From a virus (lineage: Duplodnaviria > Caudoviricetes), in IMG/VR virus record IMGVR_UViG_3300047457_001340, positions 1 to 61,708 of that record: a stretch of DNA of 61,708 nt. One strand, 5' to 3'. Positions within the stretch are counted from its first letter, which is position 1. Each line of letters opens with the position of its first letter. The notes below the pieces were generated by a model that was not told where the DNA came from, did no database searches, and saw only the letters and a list, made by a program, of their open reading frames with translations. Positions 54,192-61,708 of the stretch are shown here, one piece after another. A program made the translations under genes and the position numbers.

Positions 54192-57100
54192 TTAGAGATG
54201 TTCTAGATTTTGGACAAAGATAGACCATTTGCCGGGTTCCCGGCTGGGCTTCAGCTGTCCTGTCACCAGAATGATGCGATTTGCTTTGGGTTTCCCCAAG
54301 ATCTCATATGTGTCTGGCCACATGACACACTCGATAGAATCGCCATCGTTGGCGAGGTTCACTTTCAAAGCCGTCACCTGTTTTCCGCTCTTTCGGTCAT
54401 TGTAGCGGAATTCGTCCATATCATTAATGAGTCCTACATACGCAACGGTGGCCTTGGGGCTATGAGCGTAAGACGCTTTAATGTCGGCTGCATTCTTTAA
54501 GACGTTGGTGGTTCCGCCCGCGACCCGCATAGTGGTGAGGCCATCTGAACCGTAAAGGAACCGGGTGGAAAGAAATCTCCTGAAGTTATCATGCACATCC
54601 ATGCGGTAGATGGGGAGGCTCTTGACTCTTTCAATCTCGATTTCCACTTCATCCCAGTGAAGCTCTGGGACATCCACCTTTTCATCGGGGTGCTTTGTCT
54701 TATGCTCAACAACGGCCTGCTTTAGAGCCTCGCCCAACTTGTCTCGGCCAACCTTGAGGGAGGTCACTCTTTTCAGAGTGTGGTACTCCTCAATCAGCTC
54801 CTTGAAAGTCTTATTGGGCTCAATCTCATCAAAAGCACCTGCTAGAATGAGTTGGTGAAAGATGCCCTGATTGATGGTTTTCTTGTCTACCCTTTCAAAG
54901 AAGTCTTGGAAGGACGTGTATGGGCCAGCCTCTCTTGCTCTTTGGATGGCAAGGCAAGCTGAGTCTCCAATTTTGTCGATCAAGTAAAGTGGACTACGCA
55001 CCACTTCACTATCGAGTTCAAAAGTGGCTGTCGGACCATTGACGCTAGGCGGAATGAGGATTTCTTTGACGGCTTTGGCAAACCCTTTTTCCTTAATGTC
55101 CTCCACTTTGGCGTTGTTCAAAACGCTCGTCCACCACTCGGTGGGGAAGTAGTGCTTCAGGAAGGCGCACTGATAAGCCACCAGAGCGTAGCTGGCGGAA
55201 TGGGAAAGGTTGAAGGAGTAGGCCGAGGAGGCCACGCACAGGGACACGAATGAGTCAGATTGCGCCGAGGTCCAACCCTTCGCCTCAAGCCTTTTTCTCA
55301 GATCTGGGATGCGCTTTTCAAGCTCTTGTTTCTTCTTTTTGGCCAAGATCTCACGCAGTTCATCTGCCTCTTCTTGGCTGTATCCTGCCAGCTCAACGAA
55401 GGCGCGAGACAATTGCTCCTGATAGACAAACACCCCATAGGTGTTTTTGACGATGGGCTCCATGTCCGGGTGGACATAAGACACCTTCATCTTGCCGTTT
55501 TTACGAGCAATGTAGCCCTCGGTCATGGTGGTTTTGCCGTCTTCCAAAAGGGCTTCCAGTGGGCCGGGGCGAACTAAGGCCACAATGTCAGACAGTTCTT
55601 GGACGGACCTTGGGCGAATGCGTTTGGCAAAGCCTGTCATCAGGGCTGAGGACACTTGAAAGATCGACTCGGTCTTCCCGTCGTCAAAGTCTTTAAAGAC
55701 CTCCTCGGTCTCCGGCAACTCGTAAATATCCACAATCATCTGTCCGTCATTTTTATGACAGAGGGGGATCTTCGTGATGGGAAGCTCTCCCTGAACGAGC
55801 TTAAACTCTTCCCCATTGATGATCTGCTTTTCGGCACGGACTTCATAGCCCATCTTTTTCTGGATGAGGCGGACGCAGCCGCTGATATCCGAAAGAGTGT
55901 TCACCCGCAGGAAGTCAAATTTAATGAGGCCCGCCTTTTCCACCATGTTATTGTTTGCAGTGGCAGTGTACTGAGTGCAGAGATGTCCTCCGATGTCGCA
56001 GGTGGGGACCGACTCATAGATAGGGCGGTCTGAGATGAGGTAGGCCGAGGCGTGGCGGGACACGGCTCTGGGGATACCCAAAAGTTGAAGCACCATCTCG
56101 TAAACAGACTTATTCTGCAAAAAGAAGTCAGCAAGCACCTGATTTTGCATCAGATGCCCGTCATGGAGATTGCCTTCGGCGTCCTTGTAGCCTAGCAGGA
56201 AGTCCTTGTCATTGACACCTTGTGGGGTGTTGGGGATGGTTTTACAGATGCCATCCACCCTTTTGTCTTGACTATTCCAGCCTAAAATGACTCGGCAGGC
56301 GTCTTTAATGGCGTTTTTGACCTTAAGGGTGTGGTGGGTGGAGCACTGGGCGAATTTGTCACCATAGGACTCTTCGAGCTTGGCAAGAAGGGGATCTCTA
56401 TCTGATAAGTCCCAATCGATATCTGGGTATTTCAGTCGGTTAATGCGGGCCTGAGACAAGAACCGCTCAAACGGCAGGTTATGCTTGATCGGATCAAGGT
56501 GGGTGATGCCTAAGAGATAGCAGAGAAGAGAACCTGCGCCAGAACCACGGCCCGGAGCCGATAGAACGGAGTGTTCTCGGGTCCATGTGTTCCACTGCTC
56601 CAAGAACAGAAAATAGGGGGAGAAGTCGATGCTACCATTGTCGCAGATTACACTTAATTCCCTCTCTAAACGCTCTTCCCAGACTGGGTCTCCCCACTTC
56701 ATTCGTCCGTGCTGATTGACAGCCCTCAGGATAGTAGCTTTTCTCTGATCGGACTCGGAAAGATTCAGCTCTAAAACCTCTTTTGGGATAGTTGGGGTAG
56801 GCAGGTGATAAGAGTCTTGAATAGATAGGTCTTTAGCAAGCTCCGTGAGGAGGGTGTTGTTCTCCACTGCTTCTGTGAAGATCTTTTGCTGCTCGATATC
56901 TCCACCGTAAGCCTTTTCCCAGTGAGACCACGCCTCTTCTGTGGTCATCATGTGATAGGAATTTTTGAAGTGCCAGCCCGATGGGTCTCCATTCTGGAGT
57001 AGAACGTCCTGAAGCTTCTTCTGGCTTGGCTTCACAAAATGTGAGTCAATGGTCATGAGAAGCGGCAAGTTGTGTTTTTTGGCTACCTCAATCATCTTGA

Positions 57101-58853
57101 TGTTGCAAGATTTCTGGAGATCTCCGTCCGGGGAGAAGTCGGAACACTCGTTATGCTGAAACTGCTTAGTGTCGCGATTGTAGTCATGGGTGCAGTTATG
57201 AACAAGAAGATCGTCTTGGCCAACAAAAAAACAATGAGTATTTTCTACTTCAATGTCATATTTGAATGAGTAATCAATAATCGGGTCCTTTTTAATCCTA
57301 TATGGATTTGGAACCCTAAGAAGGGATACTGTTGGGTAAACAGTCATTTCTTTAGAAATCTGCGCTGGAACATACTTTATTGACCTAAACTCTTCTTTTA
57401 TCTTATACTTACATTCTGGATGAGTATATTTGGAGACCATCTCACACAGCTTGTGATGATCATCTTTGTTCAATCTAATAAAAAAGGTGGATTTTCCAAA
57501 TGTTCGACTTTTTACTGGACTAAATCCAATCTCCATCATTTTTTTAACAATAAAATCAATATCTTCTTCTATAAATCCCTGCGTACAAAAAATTGCCTGC
57601 CTATTTGTTGCTGTTCCGTCGTCCATAAACCAAGAAGCAAGTGTTCTTGGTGTTATTTCCAAATCTCTGGGGACTCTCTTTTTCCCATCTGGATACCACT
57701 TATCCCTAATGCTCATGAAATACGAATCTGAAACAAAAAACCTATGAGTTACACCTTTGCCCTTTCGTTCTTTTATTTCAATATTGCCCCATGTTATCCA
57801 TGACAATAATTGCTCTACCCTGCCTTTTCTTCTTGTTTCCTGTGAGTATGAAAATTTACCATTTCTATCTATTGATGCATCACCAAGCATCATACCCACA
57901 ATTTCTTCTTCCTGTTCTTTTGATGGTTTCCAACCCGGACGACATGCTATCTTAGAATTATCAACCTTTACCCAACCATTTCCATCAAAAAATAAATGAT
58001 CCTTAGTTGAAATAACTGGAGTTTTCTGTGGCTGAGTTCCGGTTCCATATGAATAATGGGAGCAAAAATCGGATTCTTTTGATGGTGTTTTATATGTTCT
58101 TGTTACTATTGAAGTTACAATATTTCCCGTTTTTTCATTGTATGACATAACAGTATCGCCAACACAAATATCTTCTATTGGCTTAAGTGTTGCGTCTGCC
58201 ATTCTTACTTTTGTTCCAGCAACAAAACAATTATGCGGCAAAATCTCTGCAAACAGCCGTCCCTTGTAAACCTCCAAAAGCTTCATGAGGTTTTTCTCTG
58301 CCTGCGTAAACTCCCCATTTAAAAAAGCCTTGTTGAGGGAACCGATCAAGCAGCCTGAGCCCAGAATCAGACCTTCATGGTTGTCCAATAGCTCTTGGAA
58401 GGTGATTCGGGGCTTACTCTCACCCCACTTAGTGACAACCCTGTTGACCTCTCCAAACTCGTGCTTTTTGTCCTTGCGGCTATAGCTCCATCCGGCCAGC
58501 TTATCCTGTGCCCAAGAAAGAGAGCCTAGTTTCAAAAGATTACGGTAACCCTTTTCATTCACTGCCCATGCGGTGACATGAAAGTAATCAAAAGGCTTCT
58601 TGTTGAATTGGTAGTCGGCATCGGGTGCGACATAAAACTCGCAGCCCGGAAGGCTTGAGAGTCCGGCCTTTTTGGCCTTATAGTAGAGTTCAAGGGCCCC
58701 AATGACCCAGCCGTGGTCAGTGATTCCAAGGCCTGAGGCCCCATTCTCAAGGCACCATGAGATGTACTCGTCGATGGTGGATGCGCCGTCCAGAATGGAC
58801 AGCGTGGTGTGGGTGTGTAGTGGGGCTAACTGAGTCTTTGTTGGGCTTTTCAG
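54192..58853 (-). CDS. dnaE: DNA polymerase III alpha subunit with intein; CTG start
   Basis: PHP (HTH..S.LDG, TDHG, GCE), PGRGSGAGS, PDIDWD, KFDFL, RPGP, YQEQ, YSFN.SH; the frame is open 97 codons upstream of the tracked ORF to a CTG behind GGAGG. Confidence 0.93.
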   Translation of the reverse strand: MKSPTKTQLAPLHTHTTLSILDGASTIDEYISWCLENGASGLGITDHGWVIGALELYYKAKKAGLSSLPGCEFYVAPDADYQFNKKPFDYFHVTAWAVNEKGYRNLLKLGSLSWAQDKLAGWSYSRKDKKHEFGEVNRVVTKWGESKPRITFQELLDNHEGLILGSGCLIGSLNKAFLNGEFTQAEKNLMKLLEVYKGRLFAEILPHNCFVAGTKVRMADATLKPIEDICVGDTVMSYNEKTGNIVTSIVTRTYKTPSKESDFCSHYSYGTGTQPQKTPVISTKDHLFFDGNGWVKVDNSKIACRPGWKPSKEQEEEIVGMMLGDASIDRNGKFSYSQETRRKGRVEQLLSWITWGNIEIKERKGKGVTHRFFVSDSYFMSIRDKWYPDGKKRVPRDLEITPRTLASWFMDDGTATNRQAIFCTQGFIEEDIDFIVKKMMEIGFSPVKSRTFGKSTFFIRLNKDDHHKLCEMVSKYTHPECKYKIKEEFRSIKYVPAQISKEMTVYPTVSLLRVPNPYRIKKDPIIDYSFKYDIEVENTHCFFVGQDDLLVHNCTHDYNRDTKQFQHNECSDFSPDGDLQKSCNIKMIEVAKKHNLPLLMTIDSHFVKPSQKKLQDVLLQNGDPSGWHFKNSYHMMTTEEAWSHWEKAYGGDIEQQKIFTEAVENNTLLTELAKDLSIQDSYHLPTPTIPKEVLELNLSESDQRKATILRAVNQHGRMKWGDPVWEERLERELSVICDNGSIDFSPYFLFLEQWNTWTREHSVLSAPGRGSGAGSLLCYLLGITHLDPIKHNLPFERFLSQARINRLKYPDIDWDLSDRDPLLAKLEESYGDKFAQCSTHHTLKVKNAIKDACRVILGWNSQDKRVDGICKTIPNTPQGVNDKDFLLGYKDAEGNLHDGHLMQNQVLADFFLQNKSVYEMVLQLLGIPRAVSRHASAYLISDRPIYESVPTCDIGGHLCTQYTATANNNMVEKAGLIKFDFLRVNTLSDISGCVRLIQKKMGYEVRAEKQIINGEEFKLVQGELPITKIPLCHKNDGQMIVDIYELPETEEVFKDFDDGKTESIFQVSSALMTGFAKRIRPRSVQELSDIVALVRPGPLEALLEDGKTTMTEGYIARKNGKMKVSYVHPDMEPIVKNTYGVFVYQEQLSRAFVELAGYSQEEADELREILAKKKKQELEKRIPDLRKRLEAKGWTSAQSDSFVSLCVASSAYSFNLSHSASYALVAYQCAFLKHYFPTEWWTSVLNNAKVEDIKEKGFAKAVKEILIPPSVNGPTATFELDSEVVRSPLYLIDKIGDSACLAIQRAREAGPYTSFQDFFERVDKKTINQGIFHQLILAGAFDEIEPNKTFKELIEEYHTLKRVTSLKVGRDKLGEALKQAVVEHKTKHPDEKVDVPELHWDEVEIEIERVKSLPIYRMDVHDNFRRFLSTRFLYGSDGLTTMRVAGGTTNVLKNAADIKASYAHSPKATVAYVGLINDMDEFRYNDRKSGKQVTALKVNLANDGDSIECVMWPDTYEILGKPKANRIILVTGQLKPSREPGKWSIFVQNLEHL
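57195..58229 (-). mobile_element. Intein with LAGLIDADG endonuclease in the DnaE PHP domain
   Basis: CFVAGT...LLVHN|C; VGMMLGDA and WFMDDG; AT-rich. Confidence 0.92.
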
Positions 58854-58877
58854 ATAACGCCCTCCCTCTCACACGAG

Positions 58878-59069
58878 TTATACCAAAACCCAACTTTCCA
58901 ATTGTTTCGATGAGATAAGAATGGCATCGTCACAAATGCCAAATCCGTTGTGCCGAAGAACCCAGCAGCCTTCAATTAAAAAGCCTTGATCTTGGGGAGA
59001 GATCTTATAAATCCGAAACCCAACATCAAGGCTATGAATATGTTTTATCGTTTGAAAGGGCTTAAACAC
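58878..59069 (-). CDS. Hypothetical protein
   Basis: 63-aa ORF, GAGAGG upstream. Confidence 0.5.
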   Translation of the reverse strand: MFKPFQTIKHIHSLDVGFRIYKISPQDQGFLIEGCWVLRHNGFGICDDAILISSKQLESWVLV

Positions 59070-59081
59070 CCTCTCAGGCTA

Positions 59082-59384
59082 TCATTTCTTTTCTGACGCA
59101 GCAAGCTGCTTAATGTGTTCAGCCAAATCGGGGCGAGCGACCACTTGAGCCTTACGCTCATCGCTATAGCGATATCGGGTCCTGCCATCCACATTGACAA
59201 CCCCATAGCCGGGACTATGGAGATACTCTCCTGTTGGAACGACTGGCTGTTCCCGGTATTTAGCAAGCTTTTTCTTAAAGTCTTCCTTAGCGGCCTCTTG
59301 GGTCTCGCCAACACCAACAATCTCTTGATTGGTGAGATTATAAAAGCGTCTAACCTCATAAAGTCCTGTTGCTTTATTTCTCAT
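59082..59384 (-). CDS. Hypothetical protein
   Basis: 100-aa ORF, GAGG RBS, promoter motif. Confidence 0.65.
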   Translation of the reverse strand: MRNKATGLYEVRRFYNLTNQEIVGVGETQEAAKEDFKKKLAKYREQPVVPTGEYLHSPGYGVVNVDGRTRYRYSDERKAQVVARPDLAEHIKQLAASEKK

Positions 59385-59442
59385 AATAAACCTCTTGATT
59401 TATTATACGAAAACAATTAGCCTCATTTTAGGAGGGCGTTAT

Positions 59443-59868
59443 ATGCCGGAAAATGAAAATCAAGCAAATGATACCAGTCATTCGGAGAGCCTAAAGAGGG
59501 CGTGGGAAGCCAGAAGAAAAAAGGCTGCGGAGCGAAGGGTGGAAAAGGCCGTGGAACAAAGGTCCAAACCCACCATGACCCACTCAGAGAGAATGAAAAA
59601 AGCGTGGGAGACACGCAGGAAGAACTTGCAGGAGAGCGCGGGGGCTAAGGCTCAATCTTTCAGACAGACTATGCAGGCTGTGGCAAAAGAAAAGCCCGCT
59701 GCAGAAAAACCTTCCATTGGGATTAGTGCCGCGACCTTTAATGCCACCTTGGCTAGATACTTGCAATATGTAGACGCAGCAAGAGCCTTGGGAGACACCT
59801 CTATACTGGAAAGCTCCAATTTTAGGACAATAGAGGGATTAATTAAAGAGTTTTTAGTGATTAAATAA
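59443..59868 (+). CDS. Basic protein with duplicated HSE..K.AWE.RRK motif
   Basis: SHSESLKRAWEARRK / THSERMKKAWETRRK; AGGAGG RBS. Confidence 0.7.
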   Translation: MPENENQANDTSHSESLKRAWEARRKKAAERRVEKAVEQRSKPTMTHSERMKKAWETRRKNLQESAGAKAQSFRQTMQAVAKEKPAAEKPSIGISAATFNATLARYLQYVDAARALGDTSILESSNFRTIEGLIKEFLVIK

Positions 59869-59870
59869 AT

Positions 59871-59901
59871 AAAAAGGGGGCCGAAAGGCCCCCTTTCTTT
59901 T
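59871..59901. terminator. Bidirectional intrinsic terminator
   Basis: AAAGGGGGCC-GAAA-GGCCCCCTTT between convergent genes, with A/T tracts on both sides. Confidence 0.9.
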
Positions 59902-60930
59902 TCAAGCTTCAGCTTCTTGTGATTCTTCTTCAGCCGCAAGCTCTTGACTAGCCGCTTCCCCGCCCTCAGAACCATCCTCCTCCGATGACTCCGTGGTCTC
60001 GGTTTCTTCTGAGTCAGCCGTTTCCACCACATCGCCAGAAATTCTGCCGCTGAACAGAGCATCAGAGATGCTCTCTTTTTGGCTGGCTGGCAGCATCTCA
60101 TAGATGTGCTTGACATCTAAGCCCTGCTCCATAGCTTCGATCAGGGACTGGATATACTCAGAGGCGGATTGGTCGCGCTCAACATCATTCACCGCCAACT
60201 CATTGACGGCATACACTCCACCCACTTCATTGCTGGTAGGCTCAACGTGATTTTCCTGCAGGATTCCATCATAAGAGATGGAGCGTCCGCCCAGAAACTT
60301 AGGAGAATAGCGGTGGCGGGTGCGGCAGAGGTAGTTCTTGAGTCGGGAATAGACGCTTCTTTTCTCGGCTGCCTCCAGTGTTTCTTCAGGGTTTTTGAGC
60401 TTTTCTTCTACTCTTTTCTTGCCTTCCGAGGCACTTTTGATGGTTTTTGAGTAAGAGAGCATGGCTTTGTTGGGGTCAAAGCTGTCGCGCAGAGCCATCA
60501 TGACCTCAATCCGGCACTCATTCCAGAGGTCTTTCTCGTTCATCGAGCCTTCAAAGAGAGCGCATGATGAGATGTATTTGGGGACAATGGAGCGGACGAA
60601 GGGCTCGTATTTGTTGATACGATTGTCATCGATTCTTTTACCCAGCTTGCAGAACATGCTTCTCAAACGAGTTTCTACAAAGCGCTTTTCAAAAACCAGA
60701 ATCTTCCGCTCAATTTTCTTCGTCCTCTCCTTTTGGGAGTCATTCGGATTAATTGCTGGCTCTGGAACCGATTTTGGGTCGAAATCGGCCAAAGCTAGTT
60801 CTGCGGCTTTTTCGAGAGTGGCAATATAATACTCCCGTGCATGGGGCAGTGGGACGAAACTTGAGTTAAAGCCTGAGACAATACGTTCGATGAGACCTTT
60901 GTAATTTTCTACTTTCGACTTTTTTTCCAT
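59902..60930 (-). CDS. Divergent RNA polymerase sigma-factor-like protein
   Basis: YEPFVRSIVPKY...DLWNECRIEVMMAL..FDP resembles sigma region 2; acidic tail. Confidence 0.6.
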   Translation of the reverse strand: MEKKSKVENYKGLIERIVSGFNSSFVPLPHAREYYIATLEKAAELALADFDPKSVPEPAINPNDSQKERTKKIERKILVFEKRFVETRLRSMFCKLGKRIDDNRINKYEPFVRSIVPKYISSCALFEGSMNEKDLWNECRIEVMMALRDSFDPNKAMLSYSKTIKSASEGKKRVEEKLKNPEETLEAAEKRSVYSRLKNYLCRTRHRYSPKFLGGRSISYDGILQENHVEPTSNEVGGVYAVNELAVNDVERDQSASEYIQSLIEAMEQGLDVKHIYEMLPASQKESISDALFSGRISGDVVETADSEETETTESSEEDGSEGGEAASQELAAEEESQEAEA

Positions 60931-60941
60931 TGTTTCCTCTC

Positions 60942-61708
60942 CTAGAGTTTGAGGTAGGCTTCTAAATAAGAAGCTGGAAAACTGGCCAATTCTTGCGCTT
61001 TCTCAATCGAATCAAATACTTCGTCTACATGACACTCCCCAAAGTCCTTTCTATGTTCTGGAGGCAAAATCCTATAAACCTTTTTAGAAGATAGGTGCTG
61101 GGCTATTTCGGACACCTCGTCTGCTGCATCGTGGTCCAGTCCGATATAGATCTCGGAAGCATTGGAATCCACTAAAAGCTTCAGCTGGTCTAAGGAAACG
61201 CCCTTCCCGAAAGAACACACTGCCCCAAATCCATCGACATCGACATGGATACAGTCAAATGGCCCCTCCACTAATATGATGCGATCCATACTCACTGCGC
61301 GATCGTAATTGAGCAAAAACTTGCTCTTATTAAACCCCACCGAGTTAACCAGCCTAAGGCGATTTGGCCCTAAGGGCGGTATAGCTCGACCCTGCCAACC
61401 GTAAATCTCTTCACTTCGCTTCACTGGGAAAACAACTGCATCCAATCCCCCGTGATATCTTAAATCATATCTTAGAATAGTATTTTTGTCAACTACTTTT
61501 CTCTGTCTTAAATAGCCCATTCCCCGTTCAGAGAGAGTGACATCTACGAAGTCTGGGGTAAGGTAAATAGGCTTAAAGTCGTTTTTGGTCTGATCTGAAT
61601 TGTCGGATGAAGAAAGAGCCCTCAAATCAATGGCTTGTAAATCTTCTGGATTAATCATGGAGATGTCATCGACATTTCTGCCTAAAACCTCTTTAGAGAC
61701 TTCCCCAA
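60942..61708 (-). CDS. DNA primase (TOPRIM), N-terminus outside window
   Basis: YL..R, VFP, GWQGR, LVEGPFD, LD.DA, KD.GE; frame open to the window end. Confidence 0.88.
   Translation of the reverse strand, partial: GEVSKEVLGRNVDDISMINPEDLQAIDLRALSSSDNSDQTKNDFKPIYLTPDFVDVTLSERGMGYLRQRKVVDKNTILRYDLRYHGGLDAVVFPVKRSEEIYGWQGRAIPPLGPNRLRLVNSVGFNKSKFLLNYDRAVSMDRIILVEGPFDCIHVDVDGFGAVCSFGKGVSLDQLKLLVDSNASEIYIGLDHDAADEVSEIAQHLSSKKVYRILPPEHRKDFGECHVDEVFDSIEKAQELASFPASYLEAYLKL

Noticed and set aside
58559-58853. Split or pseudogenised dnaE, and ORF 58559..58750
   Set aside because: The PHP region is contiguous and in frame with the main ORF; the small ORF is an off-frame shadow
1-61708. Stop-codon reassignment
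   Set aside because: Genes are intact under code 11, and TAA, TAG and TGA all terminate genes
1-61708. tRNA, rRNA, group I/II introns, reverse transcriptase/DGR, integrase
   Set aside because: None recognised; intergenic gaps are short and the only gene interruptions are in-frame inteins (checked by eye only)

Overview
This is a 61.7-kb fragment of a large tailed dsDNA phage, mostly on the - strand and read with the standard genetic code. The capsid and neck proteins resemble those of SPO1/Twort-like myoviruses, and a PagL-like gene points to a Gram-negative host. The window holds head morphogenesis genes (TerL with intein, portal, MuF-like protein, prohead protease, scaffold, major capsid, neck proteins), lysis genes, and replication/recombination genes (DnaE with intein and a CTG start, DnaB-like helicase with intein, primase, SSB, RecA, SbcC/D). 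It also carries ThyX, dUTPase, ClpP, homing endonucleases, a divergent sigma-like factor and a recurring -10-only promoter motif. The most striking element is a set of large multi-domain ORFs whose domains (GNAT, kinase, lytic transglycosylase, SAM-lyase-like, mCpol/Cas10-palm-like, and an unknown thrice-repeated GWxxPxG domain) are separated by the same [hydrophobic]-x-K-[S/A/G/T] motif seen at the predicted capsid, scaffold and portal maturation sites. I infer these are capsid-packaged polyproteins cut by the head protease into injected effectors. All family assignments come from motif recognition by eye; no database search was run.
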